Part shown: positions 1 to 14,016 of the stretch, piece after piece | Layout: each line of letters starts with the position of its first letter | How positions within the stretch are numbered: the first letter of the stretch is position 1 | Assembly: GCA_951406725.2 (NCBI GenBank) | Contig: OX597826.1 | Location: 51,894,001 to 51,958,000 of the forward strand | Source of the DNA: Octopus vulgaris | Taxonomy: Eukaryota | Length of the DNA stretch: 64,000 nucleotides | Reading direction: 5' to 3' | Made by a program: the position numbers and the translations under genes | The notes under the pieces: generated by a model | Database searches by the model: none | Told to the model about the DNA's origin: nothing | Seen by the model: the letters and a program-made list of their open reading frames with translations, nothing else

Positions 1-499
1 ATGATTTCGTTTCAATTTGTCAATAAATATTCTTCCCATATTCTGAATTCTATCAAATATTTTACTGATTTAATGTATTTAGAAAGGAAAAATTACATGA
101 AAATATAATCCTCTATTCAATTTCTTATCACATCTGAAACTGGCGCCTTGGCAATGTTAGAAACAAAATAATACCTAATGATTTACTTTTTATATATGTA
201 TTACATATTTTCATTATCAATTTTACGATTGAAGTTTTATGAAATGATATTCATGATAAGAAATGAACAACACAGCGATAACTCGAGCATATAGACTTCT
301 GTGAGATTATCCTTTATTTAGAAGAATAATATACTCCATTTTACAATGGTGCCACTGTGTTTAAATGCGTAATTTGATTAAAAGGAATTTGGAACAGGAA
401 CTCTGTTGCTTTCCTGTATTAAATAATTCCGGACTTTTTTATGTCCATACTTCTTCTTTACCTTGAGACACATATATGCATGCAGACAAATACACGGGC

Positions 500-588
<89 letters not shown>

Positions 589-629
589 CGCGTGTGTGCG
601 TGTGTGTGTGTATGAATGTATGTATGAAT

Positions 630-661
<32 letters not shown>

Positions 662-1376
662 GTATATGTATATAATCAATAATAATAAATGGTAACAGTA
701 ATTAATTAACTAGTAATTAATAATTCCATCAAGTACTTATTTGGCATGTTAAAAGGACCATTTTTCGGTACACATATACAATATTTTATAATTATGAGTA
801 TAATTATAAGTAGGGTTCAGCAAAGATTTGCTTTACCAAATACCGAACTTTAGAAATAGCAACCAAAGAACCTTAGCTATTTCTTCTTCTATAAGAAGAA
901 ACTCCCGGATAACAAAATACTCAAAATAACCCACGTAGACATAGAGGAAAAATAACGAAATGATCGATATAATTTGGCCTGGTTAACATCATGTGCTTTC
1001 TTTTGAAACGTTCGACATCCCGTAGCATTTGGGTTGTTTGTTCTTTGCTTTTCTGTCGCACCCATGTAAGTAGGTTGGGCAGTGAAAATTTGAAAATGGA
1101 TATATCAGAAAAATTTTACTACTGATTTCAAATTGTGATGCGTCTACAATCATTGATAAAAATGTTGTTTCCATGGATAGATTTCTTCTAGTTCCGTTCA
1201 TAATAAAAAGCGTAGGTTTGATGATGCAATTTTATATATTTACATCTAGATGTTATCGCAAAGAAAACTTCTGTTTCTTTCGAGTACTCAGTCTAAATAT
1301 AAATTTCTACTTCAAATCTTTCCAGACTACATTTCCAGAACATTTCATGAAATCTGTTTTCTATCTCTTTTGACAG

Positions 1377-1648
1377 GTATATTCAATTGGATTAAAAGAC
1401 CGGGATTATGCCTGGCTACTGACTGAACATGATTATATACGATCAACAGAACGATATCACTCTTTCCCGATTGGATCGCTTTCTTTTTCGTTGAGCGTCA
1501 CTATAAACCAAGAACATATAGTCAGTGACGTTGTTAATCTTATAAGCCAGGCCATGTCTCATATTAAGCATCTACCGTTTGGTAGTAAGCGTGAATGTTC
1601 AAAAATTGCAAACTCTAAACAAATAGCTCGGGGTAAAGCACTATACAA
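1377..1648 (+). CDS. Internal coding exon of the NMDA-type glutamate receptor gene (amino-terminal domain)
   Basis: Pyrimidine tract and acceptor (ctatctcttttgacag, ending 1376), donor gtaagt at 1649. Open frame VYSIGLKDRDYAWLLTEHDY...SFPIGSLSF...VSDVVNLISQAM...GKALY(K) resembles the iGluR ATD 'GLxxxxYxW' and 'FPxG' motifs. Ends in phase 2 (AA|), matching the next exon (|A TCG). Not in the ORF track. Confidence 0.8.
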
Positions 1649-2111
1649 GTAAGTATCATGTCATTTCATTTTTATTTATTCAACATTATTTTTCTATGAT
1701 TGATGATGTAATGTCTGGCGATTCTGAAGTGATTCATAATCTCTAGATATGTAAGTAGTATGCGCATATATAAAAAGATACACCCACATATCAGACATAA
1801 CGTAAATTTTCGTATATATCGATATATATGTATATGTACACACGCACTCGCACACATACACACAAACACACACACACACACATCCATCCATCCATATATG
1901 TAGAACTATATAAGTACGTGTATGAATATTATCGCTGATGCCTGTAAAAAGTAAGTATCTAATGCATAAGGTATAGTGTGATATATATATATATATTTTG
2001 TGTATGTGCATGTGCGTATAGATGCATACATATATATATATACTGAACAAGAATGAGTTTTCTGATAATTATTTTCCACATTAATGATTAGATGTTAACA
2101 ATTCGTATCAT

Positions 2112-2265
2112 ATAGGGCCGGGAATGCAAGTGAATGACCGAATGATATAATCGAGCGGGATCTCGAACGTGCTCATTTTCGGAATTCCATGAACCGAATT
2201 CCGAAAATGAGTTTTTCAAACACGAGAATTTAAATAGACACTTCCAGAAGTGGAATTCCGGCTCA
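2112..2265. mobile_element. Small MITE-like element with internal hairpin
   Basis: Ends tagggccgggaat / aattccggctc are imperfect inverted repeats. Internal palindrome ctcattttcggaattc-N8-gaattccgaaaatgag. Confidence 0.4.
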
Positions 2266-2521
2266 TTGTCTCAAAATAATGCTCCAACGCGATTGAGTGA
2301 CGTTGGTGGCCTGCCGATGTGAGGGCACACCATGTGTATCAGCTGTTTGCTCGTATTTCCAGCACTATAGGATTTTTAAGCATTTAATCTTTAAAGTGGA
2401 AAATAGGTCATAATTATTAGAAACATCATTCTTATTTATTTTTCAGATATACATTACTATACCAAGGAGTTTTTATTTCTATTACTACTACGTGCATGTG
2501 TGTGTGTATTTATACACACGC

Positions 2522-2558
<37 letters not shown>

Positions 2559-2630
2559 AGAGTAAGCACATAAATGTGAAAAAAAGAGTACTCAAACACC
2601 AGAGGTAGAGTGATATGCTTTTAAATAAAG

Positions 2631-2663
<33 letters not shown>

Positions 2664-2720
2664 TTTTGAGCTCTGTACGGATTAGAGCCAGTCACTCACA
2701 CGTAAGGGTGCAAAGTTCAT

Positions 2721-2763
2721 CTAACACTGAAGAAGGAAACTATCAGAAACGTCAGGGTTGTAG
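2721..2763 (+). ncRNA. Degenerate minimal hammerhead ribozyme motif
   Basis: ctgaaga-aggaaactatca-gaaa-cg-tc. Core boxes present, stems I and II eroded. Confidence 0.4.
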
Positions 2764-4124
2764 ATTGCTCATACTGTCAACTGTTCGAAATAAGGAATAT
2801 CTAATAGACGCAATCAACAATACGTCTCACTGGACTCTACTTCATCGTACACACTCCCCCCACCACACACATATATATATACATATTAGTGTATGTGTGC
2901 GTGAGTGGGTGTGTATGTCTAAGAGATAATCAAAAGATTAAGAACAAGCAAAATATACATAAAATATAGTGTATTAATTCTGCGAAGCCTCATGCATATA
3001 TTCACAAACGCACACACGCACATACACACACACACACATACATGCGTGAATGTGTGTGTTTGTGTGTGTGTGTGTATGAATGTATATGTTTGTATATAGG
3101 CATACACACACATCTATATTATATATATATATATTTGTGTGTATATATACACACATATACACAAAGTAATAAAATGCACATGAATATACATATATTTGTT
3201 CATGCAAACATTTCCATTAGCAAACATGTAGACTGGCGTGTTGCTTTCGTTTATATCTCTATAAAAATCTAAAATGTCTCGAAAGACATTAAAGATTTGT
3301 TTATTTAACAATGCAATAAGCTACAAAGAGATGATTTCTCTGTAAAATTCCATGACAATGTTAATAAAGTAAACATACTGTTTATTAATGCTGACAATGA
3401 ATTCTACAAGCAAAATTTTCAATAAAATATATGATATATGATTCAATATGGATTATATTGAATTCTCAACAATTGGGCGGTGAGTGTAAACGGAATACAT
3501 CAGTCTGTCAATGGGTAAGATTACATCTATCTTCTATTTCCAGCAGGCTGTAACACTACTTCAAGACCCAGGTAGACCCTTGCGCGCACTGATTGAGCAT
3601 TTGGGCGTATGATCACAGACTTAACTCCATTGTTTCATGTGGTCTTTCTTTTTAAAACGGTAGGGTGTAATTGGCGGTGAAGCTGAGGTAGGCGAGCGGG
3701 TATATGTGCGTGTGAATATGAATACGTATGAGTGTGTGGGCTTGTGTCTGCTAGACTATATATGAGTGTATATGTTCATCAGCATGTAACATCTGTGATA
3801 CCAATCTGAGGCTAACTTTCTCATTATTTTTTTTTTTGTTTTAGTTTATAATTGTCTCCCAGACTTACCTTATTAACCTACATTAAAAAACCACCCCTTC
3901 TCCTAACCCTATCTCCACCTTTAGCCAGTCTGTGTCCCTTCCAAATCTGGCTCATCAATCCAAACTCTCTCCATACCTCAGAGCACTCGGTTGTCAAATC
4001 TAATTTTACTCCTTCATATTGTAATTCTAACGATGTTTTATCGTCATAATTAACTTTAATTGCTTATCTGTTATATTTTATAGCTGCATTATCATGTATA
4101 CATATGAATGTGACAAAATGTTAG

Positions 4125-4608
4125 CCACCTGGAAAGTGCATGTACTCTGATATGAATCCAGTACAACATGTTGCCGGCAACTATACTGGTAGCCCCACCA
4201 TGCTATCATGGTGAGGAGGGTTGCTAGAAACCCAGCAGGATTAAAAACAAGACGTGTTGAAAGGTCGGATGAAACTAGTGCAGGCTCAACGGCTATCTAG
4301 CTATAACATGGGTACGCAGAAATTCCGGGATGGTGCCCGGCATGCTGAAGAACCAATGTTGAAGCATGTCTCTAGCAGATATGCAAGGAATGTCATTGGA
4401 CATTCTGAAGATCTTTGGTTTGTGCTAGAGATCAAGGCGCTCCCACATCCCTGAGCATGTGACTCATATTGGCACCAGACATCTTGCTCCGGCTTGTCTC
4501 TGGATAATGTCAATAAACTAGAGAGTGTCTATGAGGTGTCGTGCAAGCCTTATTGGACCTAAAACACTACACAGGCATTGCTGACCTCTGCCCAGTATGT
4601 GCTTTCAC

Positions 4609-4610
<2 letters not shown>
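4125..4610 (+). mobile_element. Probable non-LTR retrotransposon 5'-UTR fragment
   Basis: GC-richer island ending at a (TA)n tract. General resemblance to RTE-type 5' regions, with no diagnostic protein motif. Confidence 0.3.
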
Positions 4611-4658
<48 letters not shown>

Positions 4659-4719
4659 ATATATATTATTTTTAGTATATACGTATCTTTATTTTTAGTA
4701 TATATATATAATTTTATTC

Positions 4720-7700
4720 GGAAGTCCTGCGTCCATGAGAATGTGGTGAAGCATGCAGACCTGGAGGGTTGGAAGCATGTAGTCAGCGACCTGCACGTAG
4801 GTGGCCCATGCTAGATATAAAGTCGTCCCCTTGTCGCTCAAGACAGCGGTAGGATAAGGTTACTGCATGGGTGTCTGAGCACCTCCATTTGGAGAGGGCA
4901 CTGCTCACCCGTAGGCCGGGGAGGTTCTAGAAAAGGTGAACCAAAAATTGCCGTCAGTTTAGCGCGACTGACGGATGTCCAACCTGCGCTCGAAAAACAA
5001 AGACTTTTATTTACAAAAATCTAGATAGAACTTAAACATTTCATGTTGGAATGTGCGCATACTGTTGGATAACAAGAGTGATTGTAAGCCTGAAAGACGC
5101 ACTGCACTTGTTGCTCGCGAGCTGAACCCTTATAACATTGATATAGCTGCATTCAGAGACTCGTATAGAAGGTGATGGTTAGCTTGAGAAAGTAGGAGGT
5201 GGATACATCTTTTTTGGAAGGGGAGACAGAAGAGGGAGTGCAGAGAGGCTGGTGTTGGCTTTGCAGTTCGTTCTGATATCCGTAAGAAGTTGGAGGAGCT
5301 TCCTCTTCCAATAAATGAACGTCTAATGACTCTACGATTGCACTTGAAAGGTGGGCGATTTGCTACTCTAATAATTGCCTATGCACCTACTCTGACTAGC
5401 TGTGATGAAGATAAAACTATTTTTATACCCAGCTGACAGCCATACTTAGGAAAATCTCCAATTCTGATAAAGTCATTCTACTGGGGTATTTCAATACCAG
5501 GGTTGGAACAGACTGGTAAACATGGAACTCTCTAGAACGTTTTGGAGTAGGGAAATGAATAGCAATGGTCTCAGGTTGCTAGAGCTTTGCGACGAACATG
5601 GACATCGCAAGCACTCATTTTATGCACAAAGGTGATCACACAACAACGTGGATACATCTAAGGTCTAAAGCTTGGCACTTGTTGGATTATGTCATCATTC
5701 GCAAGCATGACATCTGAAACATTTGTAATGTCAAATCCGTTCATGGATCGGAATGCTAGACAGACCAGTCTGGTGCGAGCAAAGTCCCGGATGATGATTA
5801 AAATGAAAGATAGAAGAGGGTCAGTCAGCATCTCTCGGCGTCTGAATGTCTACAAGATATATGATGCTGTGTTGAGGAAAGAGCTTCAGACTCACTTGTC
5901 CAGCATTGAAAATACTGCAGCAAGGGAAGATTTTCGAGACCAGGTTCTTCAATGTGCCGCTTGAACACTGAGATATGCTACTGCCAGACACAGAGATTTG
6001 TTTGATGAAAATGATGCCGAAGTTCAGCGACTGTTGCATGTAAAGCGTAGTGCCCACAATGTGTGGCTACACAGAGGACTTTGTGATGTACAGCGAAATC
6101 TAGCACTTACCCACTATAGCAGTGTAAAATGACTACTGCGGCGATCGCTCAGGAAGATGAATACTTGGTGGGAGGATCGTGCACGTGATGTTCAGGCTGC
6201 TGCTGTTGCAAATGACAGAAAATGACAGCAAGAAGCTTTACCATCTTGTGAAGTAAGTTCTTGGGCCAAAGAGCTCCACATCAGCCTTTGCGTTGCAGTG
6301 AATCTTTCATTCTATTTACTAAATCAACAGAAATCACTGGTCGCTGGATCAAACACTTCTCTGAACTCCTAAACCTTGAGTCAGTTGTGGATGAAACAGT
6401 GACTGATACTATGCAACAAAGACCTATCAATGGCTCCATAAATTCCACGCCCTCAATAGCTGAAGTAATGACATCAATAAATAAAGGATGGAATTTGTGC
6501 TGAGATCTTGCGATTTGGTGGTGATTACATCACACAGTCCCTTCCGGAACTTATTAATGCAGTCTTGATGGATGGTTCAATGCCTGAGGACTGGAAGGAT
6601 GCAATTATTCTTCCTTTCTATAAAGGAAAAGGAGCCAGAACAATGTGTGGTAAGTACAGATGTATTGCTCTAATATCAAGTACTAGCAAGGTTCTGGCAA
6701 ATATTCTTCCTATCAGACTGAATCGGTGTCTCGTAAATGATGTCTTATCTGAATCTCAATGTGGCTTCCGATCTGGTGGATGGACAATGAATATGATTTT
6801 CACAGCAAGACAGATGCAGGCGAAGTGCTATGAACAGAATATGGATCTTGTCCAGGTATTCATTGATTTAACGAAGGCCTTTGATACTGTAAATAGGGCC
6901 TTTCTATGGAAAATACTTGGCAAACCTGAATATCCGGATCACTTTGTATCTATAATTAAATCATTTCATGATGGGATGGAGGTTTGGGTCAGTATTGGTG
7001 GCGAGATCCATCACTGTCAACTCTCTTTTCTTTGTACTTTGCTGCTGCTTTTACTCATGCTTTTGCTAAGGTTAGCTCTATGGGAATATATATCAGATAT
7101 CGATCTTATGGCCGCCTCTTTAATCTGCACCGATTTGTTGTCAATTCAAAAGTTTCCAAGTCTCTTATTCGTGACCTTCTTTATGTAGATAACTGCGACT
7201 TAGTCTTGTACAGTGGATGACATGCAAATACTTATGAATTGTGTTTCTGCATCCTACAAGGCATTTGGACTCAGCATTAACCTGGACAAGACTGTTGTAA
7301 TGTTCCAGCCTGCACTAAGAAATCCATATGTGGAACAAGCTATCTTGGTTGAAGGAACAATTCTGAAAGTGGTAGACAAGTTTGTCTACCTGGGCAGCAC
7401 ACTCAGTCGTTCTTGCTCCCTGGATGATGAAATATCTTTCAGGCTGCAGAGAGCGACTGATTACTACCGATCTCTTAAGTCTCGTGTCCGGTGGACCCAG
7501 CATGGCATCACAAGGCAAACAAAAATTGCCGTATATCGTGCATGTGTACTGACATCGCTCCTTTACTCATGTGAGGCGCGGACCCTTTACAAACGTCATG
7601 TAAGAGTCCTTGGACGTTTCGATCAGAGATGTCTCAGACCTTAAAAACTCTAGACATACAAGCTCTGAGGAGAGCTGATATCTTGAGTATTGAAGCGATG

Positions 7701-8180
7701 GTGCACAAGCACCGGTTGCGTTGGACTGGACACCTTATTAGAATGAACCATAGCAGAATCCCTAAACAGATGTTATAAGGGGGAACTTATGAATGGAAAG
7801 AGACCTCAGCAGAAGCCAAGGCTCCGATTTAAGGACTGTGTCAAGTCCTCATTAAAGGCCTGTGACATGCAGGAGACTGACTGGGAGAACAATGCCTGTC
7901 ATCGCCACAGATGGAGGAAGCAGGCTAAGGCAAGGGTTGACACTTTTGAGAGGGCACGTATTCAACATGAAGAACTTAAGCGTGCTTCTCGAAAGCGCAC
8001 TGCTGGTGTAGCGAATGAGGAAAGCTTGGTCTGCAATGTTTGCAGTCGTGTATGCTTGACAGGTGTAGGGCTCATTAGCCACCAACGGAGCAGCAACTGC
8101 AAAATATAAGTTAGTCCTAGAGTGCACAATGTCCCTGAAATTCAGCAATGCTCTTCCTCGGTCACGAGTGGACGGCCATC

Positions 8181-8181
<1 letters not shown>
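4720..8181 (+). mobile_element. Near full-length, inactivated RTE-clade LINE (APE endonuclease + reverse transcriptase)
   Basis: Frameshifted APE motifs (WNVR.L, GVGFAV, AYAPT, LDY) at ~5045-5700. RT motifs WKDA.I...YKGKG, ESQCGFR, FIDLTKAFDTV, LLYVDNC (YADD decayed), FVYLGS. C-terminal C2H2-like CNVCSRVC...GLISHQR. Single-ORF layout, ends in a (TATG)n tract. Confidence 0.93.
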
Positions 8182-8213
<32 letters not shown>

Positions 8214-8472
8214 TGTATGTATGTATGTATGTATGTATGTATGTATGTATGTATGTATGTATGGATTGATGGATGTGTGTGTGTACGTATATACGCCATT
8301 TTGTTAAGAAGCTCAAATGCAAATGATATTATGAATAAACAAATAATGTCTGAATAAACAAATAATACCATCCTACACGGTTCAATGTCCGCATGTAATT
8401 CTCGCTACTTTCGTCTAACTATAGCGTATATTTTCACCAAGATAGTTTATAAGATAATGTAAAGTATAGAAG

Positions 8473-8640
8473 CCATCTTATCATGGCTAACCACATTGGG
8501 GAGGGGGTGTTACTGTAGCTTTATAGCCCCAAGAGATCGTCGTCTCTAGCTGGCTTTAGACACAATATCAGTGTCCTTGGATCAGTTTATAAGATGTAAT
8601 TTATTCACTGTTAGTTTCATTTGCGTGTGACCTTCTCGAA
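8473..8640 (-). repeat. Decayed copy of the hammerhead-bearing element seen at 23040-23341
   Basis: 8485-8570 (ggctaacc...tactgtagctttatagccccaagaga...agctggctttagacacaatatc) aligns with the reverse complement of 23234-23315. It shares the GCCAT-N6-ATGGC hairpin and a collapsed gtcacacg..gaaact ribozyme remnant. Confidence 0.6.
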
Positions 8641-8753
8641 AGTATATTTTACTTCAAAATCTCCAAATCCTTCAAATAAAAGAAAAGCAAATATATACAT
8701 AGATACATACATACACACACACGCACACACACATACACACACACACATACACA

Positions 8754-8853
<100 letters not shown>

Positions 8854-8945
8854 GTGTGTGTGTTTGTGTGTATAATATTTGTTTTGTTTTAATGAACTTG
8901 AGACAAAACTTCTGCTGAAGTGTAGCACATCTAAGCATAGCGTAT

Positions 8946-8986
<41 letters not shown>

Positions 8987-9881
8987 CTAAATCCATATAT
9001 GTATGCATATATATGCATACACACAGATATAGATATATATGTAACGTGCATGTATATATGTATATATATATACACATTTATATATATATACACACATATA
9101 TATATATACATATACATATATACATACACACACATGTGAGTATTCATATAGGTACAATAATACACTAAATATATATATGTATACATATTTATATATATTT
9201 ATATATATATGAAAATGTGTATATGCATATAAAATTAGCATGTGTATATGTGCATGTGTGCCTAAATAAACATGCTTGTCTGAGTAAATGCTTATACACG
9301 TTCACGCAAGAATGCCAATAAATTATTTTAACGTTGTCTTCGTTTATATCTGTAAATAAATCTAAAACGGGCTTTAATGGTGGTCATAAATTTACGTATA
9401 GTTTAACAAATCACTAACGTGCAAGTAGATGTTTTCTATTTAATCTTTGATGATGGCAGTGATTATATGAACGTAAGTTTTAACAGTATATTCAAAGAGT
9501 TTTACTATATAAAATATTCGGCAATTTTTTCCATATAAGTCAAAACGAGTAATTTTATTACTTTTTTTTATAAATTTAGAATATGACAAATTTTTTAACG
9601 GCAGGATAAGTACACTTTATTAGTAGCATGACTTGACTTTTGCATTTTCTATACACAATGGAAGGCCAAAAGGTGAAATTGGTCTTTAAGCAAAGAATAC
9701 GTTTATACATTTTCACAAGGTTACTATATTTTTAAGAACGACTATGTCGACACCACTTCTTATATTGTATGTTGGTCTGTTAGCCCAAAGCAAAGTGGAT
9801 CTCACAAAGGCTACTGCTATGAGATGTGCATATTAGGTATGAATATAATAGTTTTCACCAAATTTGTAGAGACCACCATGT

Positions 9882-9915
<34 letters not shown>

Positions 9916-10630
9916 GATGGAGAACGTAACGCTATATCAAAAGTGAAAACGGGAACTGCTGTTACTCAATCAAATAAAATGAACCATAGAATGTTTTTCT
10001 TAACATCTAATTAGATTACATTTTAACAGCAATATTTTCTAAATATTTGTATAGAGCTTTGTTTTGACATAACTGTCTCATCGGTCCAAATTAATTAGCA
10101 TTAACAGAAAAAAAAAACAAGATAGAATGGAGACGATCGAAATATTTGACAAAAAATATTTCATGAAATTAATGTTTATTTTAGATCAGGTGGAGAGGGT
10201 GGGTAAGTTTAATTTGAAATACAGATTTATAGATAAAAAGAAACACAATTACAATTTATATTTTTGTTGACATTATGAAGACATTGATTCCATTCTTTCT
10301 GTATATATATGCTTGTGAATGTGTATGCAAAAGAAAGAGAGAGAGAGAATAGATGCTGTGTACCTATTTGTAGTTTTTCATAGCTGCATTTCGCGGCAGA
10401 AGTCGGACGGCCTCACGGTAGGATGCACAAACAGTCACTGCTTTACTTAGTGAAGAATTTAATGGCTGATTATTCGGGATTTCTATTGTACCATGGACAA
10501 AATTCATTCCACTCTAGATGTCTTGCGGGAAATTATTCTCGCATTAATTACATACAACACGCTTTAGTATTTAAAAAAATATTTACTTCAATAGGCAGAG
10601 TCTTGCATTCGTATATATACAATATAAAAA

Positions 10631-10861
10631 GGCGGCGAGCTGGCAGAGTCGTTGGCATGCCGGACGAAATGCTTAACGGTATCTCGTCTGCCTTTACGTT
10701 CTGAGTTCAAATTCCGCCGAGGTCGACTTTGCCTTTCATCCTTTTGGGGTCGATTAAATAAGTACCAGTTGCGCACTGGGGTCGATATAATCGACTTAAT
10801 CCGTTTGTCTGTCCTTGTTTGTCCTCTCTGTGTTTAGCCCCTTGTGGGTAGTAAAGAAATA
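10631..10861 (+). mobile_element. tRNA-derived SINE (Deu/Nin-core family A)
   Basis: ggcggcgagctggcaga head, B-box-like gagttcaaattcc, core gcctttcatccttttggggtcgattaaataagtaccag. 14-bp duplication cgtatatatacaat at 10610-10623 and 10862-10875. Confidence 0.88.
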
Positions 10862-11231
10862 CGTATATATACAATCATTCGTACACAGGTATATATGCAC
10901 GCACATATACATTAGGTATATAGTGCACGCGAATAAGTTGCACAATTATAAAAGGTGAAAAATAAATATACAGAAAAATGTATAAAGTTAATAAAATATA
11001 TATAAATGTATAAGGGATGTTAAGATATATGAAATGCTTGTACATGGACATAATATAAAAAACAGGTCCTATCCGTGACCTAGTACTTGTCTTTTTCTTC
11101 ATACACACATATATGTATGTACGCTTATATGTCTGCAGGTGTAAATATGTTTGTCAGACATGAGGGTGCATTTGTGTATATACATATATAACTCAGACAG
11201 GAGAGTGTATATGTGTATATACATATAAATG

Positions 11232-11273
<42 letters not shown>

Positions 11274-11676
11274 TACGTATATATATACATATATACATAT
11301 GTGTATATACATATATATAACTCATTTCTATATTCAAGTATTGCGGCGAAGGTGAATGTTTTACGGTTTATGTGTTTTTTGCGTATGTTTTTATTTGTAT
11401 ATAAGTTTTCTGCGTATGTATGTGTGTGTGCGTGTAGAGATGTATATATGAACGTAGTGATATATGTGTGCTCGTATGTATATGTACACGCGTGTGTGAG
11501 TATTTATATAAATATACATGCATACATTGTGTGTGTGTGTGTGTGTGTGTGTGCGTACACGTATTTGTGTGTGTATATGTGTGCATATGCGGATTCTATG
11601 CATGAAGTATTATTTTTACCATACCTATTGGAGTAATTTCCCTTTATTTATCGGTTTTTTTCATAGAGTTTTATCT

Positions 11677-11738
11677 TAATAACTGATGAGATGCCGGAGG
11701 AGATCTTAGCCCCGGTATCCGAACTCTTAGTCTTATTA
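11677..11738 (+). ncRNA. Degenerate type I hammerhead ribozyme motif
   Basis: taataa-ctgatga-gatgccgg-loop-ccggtatc-c-gaa(A missing)-ctcttag-tc-ttatta. Stems I and II pair. Flanks are homologous to the element at 39980-40140. Confidence 0.6.
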
Positions 11739-11978
11739 TGACAACCAACTAATTGTCACATATTGCATGCATACATACATACATACATACATACACACAT
11801 ACATACATACACACATATATGTGTATATATATTTGTGTATGTATTGCTCAAAGAAATTCCAACTTTGATATTCACATTTTATTTACACCGTGTTACTCTA
11901 AAGACAATATCGATTTGATGGGGAGAGTAAGCTAATGTAAAATACAAATGCTTCATCACTTTAAACAAATTTTCGGCA

Positions 11979-12059
<81 letters not shown>

Positions 12060-12239
12060 TAGGTACACTAAGCAGTATTGTGAACTAAAACTTTTTAAAA
12101 TCACTTCCAAAATGTATCTTAGGTAATGGAGGAGTTAATAAACAAATTCCACTGCGGTTTGCCATGGGGGAAATTGTCACTTTAGAAAATAGGTGTCAAA
12201 ACACAATCAGTCATCACGGTACGCTCTCAGGTTGATTGA

Positions 12240-12925
12240 TAAATGCCCTTCTAGCTATTTGGCTCCCGGGTACTATGCAAGATTGGAAATGGCCTCTTAA
12301 AAGTCAAGTACATCAGAAATTTTTTTGAACATATTCATACTTATTGTCTGACGTCTCTTTATATTCTTTCTGGGCTACTAGCATGCATTGACTGGTAATA
12401 TACCATACGGTTTCAATATTTTGTCCTCAAAGTCTGCACTTATAACTTTCTGATGTGTTGTCTATTCCATATTTGATGTAATTCGGTCTTAGTGCTTGCG
12501 CTTGGGCAGCACAGATTAGAGCCTCAGTTTCTGGTTTTCAATCGCATTTAGTCATCCATAGCCATCTTGTTTCTCTGTCTGTTTTATCTTCAACATCCCT
12601 ATGAAATTGTCCATGTATTCTTTTCTTTATCCACCTATTTTCAGTTTCATTCATTCTCAAGTGCTTGTACAGTGCTTTATCATTTCAATCTTCCATCATA
12701 CACAAGCATAACCTTCTTATTTCCAATAACAGTGGTTCTCTGTCATTTTTACATACCATGCTATGTTGTTTCCTTCTGCTATAATGCTGCGTTCGCATCC
12801 AATCAGTCCTCGTCCCCCTTTTTTTTCTTGGTACATGCAGTCTGTTTGTGTCACTTTTTAGGTGGAGTATCCCATATCTAGTCAGTAACTTCCTTATCTT
12901 TCTCTCTAAGCTGTTTAATTCGTCT
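12240..12925 (-). mobile_element. R4/Dong-like (REL-endonuclease) non-LTR retrotransposon fragment
   Basis: Minus-strand decayed LERKIRKLLT..G..H.KSD..RL.VPRK.GG, KTETEALICAAQ.QALR.N and CRL motifs. Abuts an (ATC)n(ATT)n tract. Confidence 0.75.
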
Positions 12926-12952
12926 ATCATCATCATTATCATCATCATCATC

Positions 12953-13024
<72 letters not shown>
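12926..13024. repeat. (ATC)n/(ATT)n microsatellite
   Basis: Direct reading. Confidence 0.95.
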
Positions 13025-13339
13025 GCCAGCATCGTCCTTGCTGTAATTATTAATGTTATTGATGGTATCGCTAGTTATAATATTGATGTAATCATTACTA
13101 ATATTAGACCTACTGACTCAAATGAATGCCACCTTTAACCCATTTTGAACAAGGCAATCACGCAAAGCCTGTTACTTATTTGATCGTGAACGTAAGCATT
13201 TCAAGACCGGTTGTCAAGCGGTTGTAGGGGCCAAACACAAACACAAAGGAACACACAGACATAAGTATAAATATATAAATACGCATATTCATACACACAC
13301 ATATACACACATGTATATAAAAGTTCAATTAGATGTTAA

Positions 13340-14016
13340 GTAGGCTTCATTAAGGGACAATAATATTCCATGAAATTGGATAGACTTGTGACTGGTGAGG
13401 AAAAATGGATATTCTATCGAAATGTTAAACATCGTAAACAGTGGCTTGGTAAAAGCGAAAAAGCCTAACCACAACTGATAAGGGAATTGTATGCGGTAAA
13501 AAGGTTCTTTTCTCTATCTGGTGGGATTGGAAAGGAGTAATTAACTTTAAATTGTTGCCACCTAACGCAACAATCAATGCTCAAGTCTACTGTCAGTAAT
13601 TAGAGCGTTTAAACCAAGCTTTGACGAAATAAAGCTCGCTTTAGGGAATCAAAAAGGAGTGATCTTTCATCAGGACAATGCGCGACCCCACACTTGGTTG
13701 GGAAAAAAATTCCTTATCCACCTTATTCTCCCGACCTTGCTCCTTCAGACTAACATTTGTTTCGTAGTTTACAGAATCATTTGGGGGACATAACTTTCGC
13801 AAGCCAGGAGGAGGTAGAAACTGACATTTCAAAGTTCTTCGCTTTGAAACCAAAAGAGTTTTACATTGATGGGATTAAAAAGCTTGTAAATAGATGGAAG
13901 GAAGTCATAGATAATCAGGAAAAGTACATTGATGATTAAATTTCAATTAAATATAACATTCGATCACTTGTTTCCTTTATTCAAAATTCGGACAGAACTT
14001 ATGGGATGGCCTGAGA
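13340..14016 (+). mobile_element. Mariner transposase 3' relic with right terminal repeat
   Basis: Decayed LVTGEEKWI, HQDNARPH, PYSPDLAPSD..LFRSLQNHL and FYIDGIKKLVNRW. TIR-like cggacagaacttatgggatggcctga at ~13989-14014. Confidence 0.88.
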
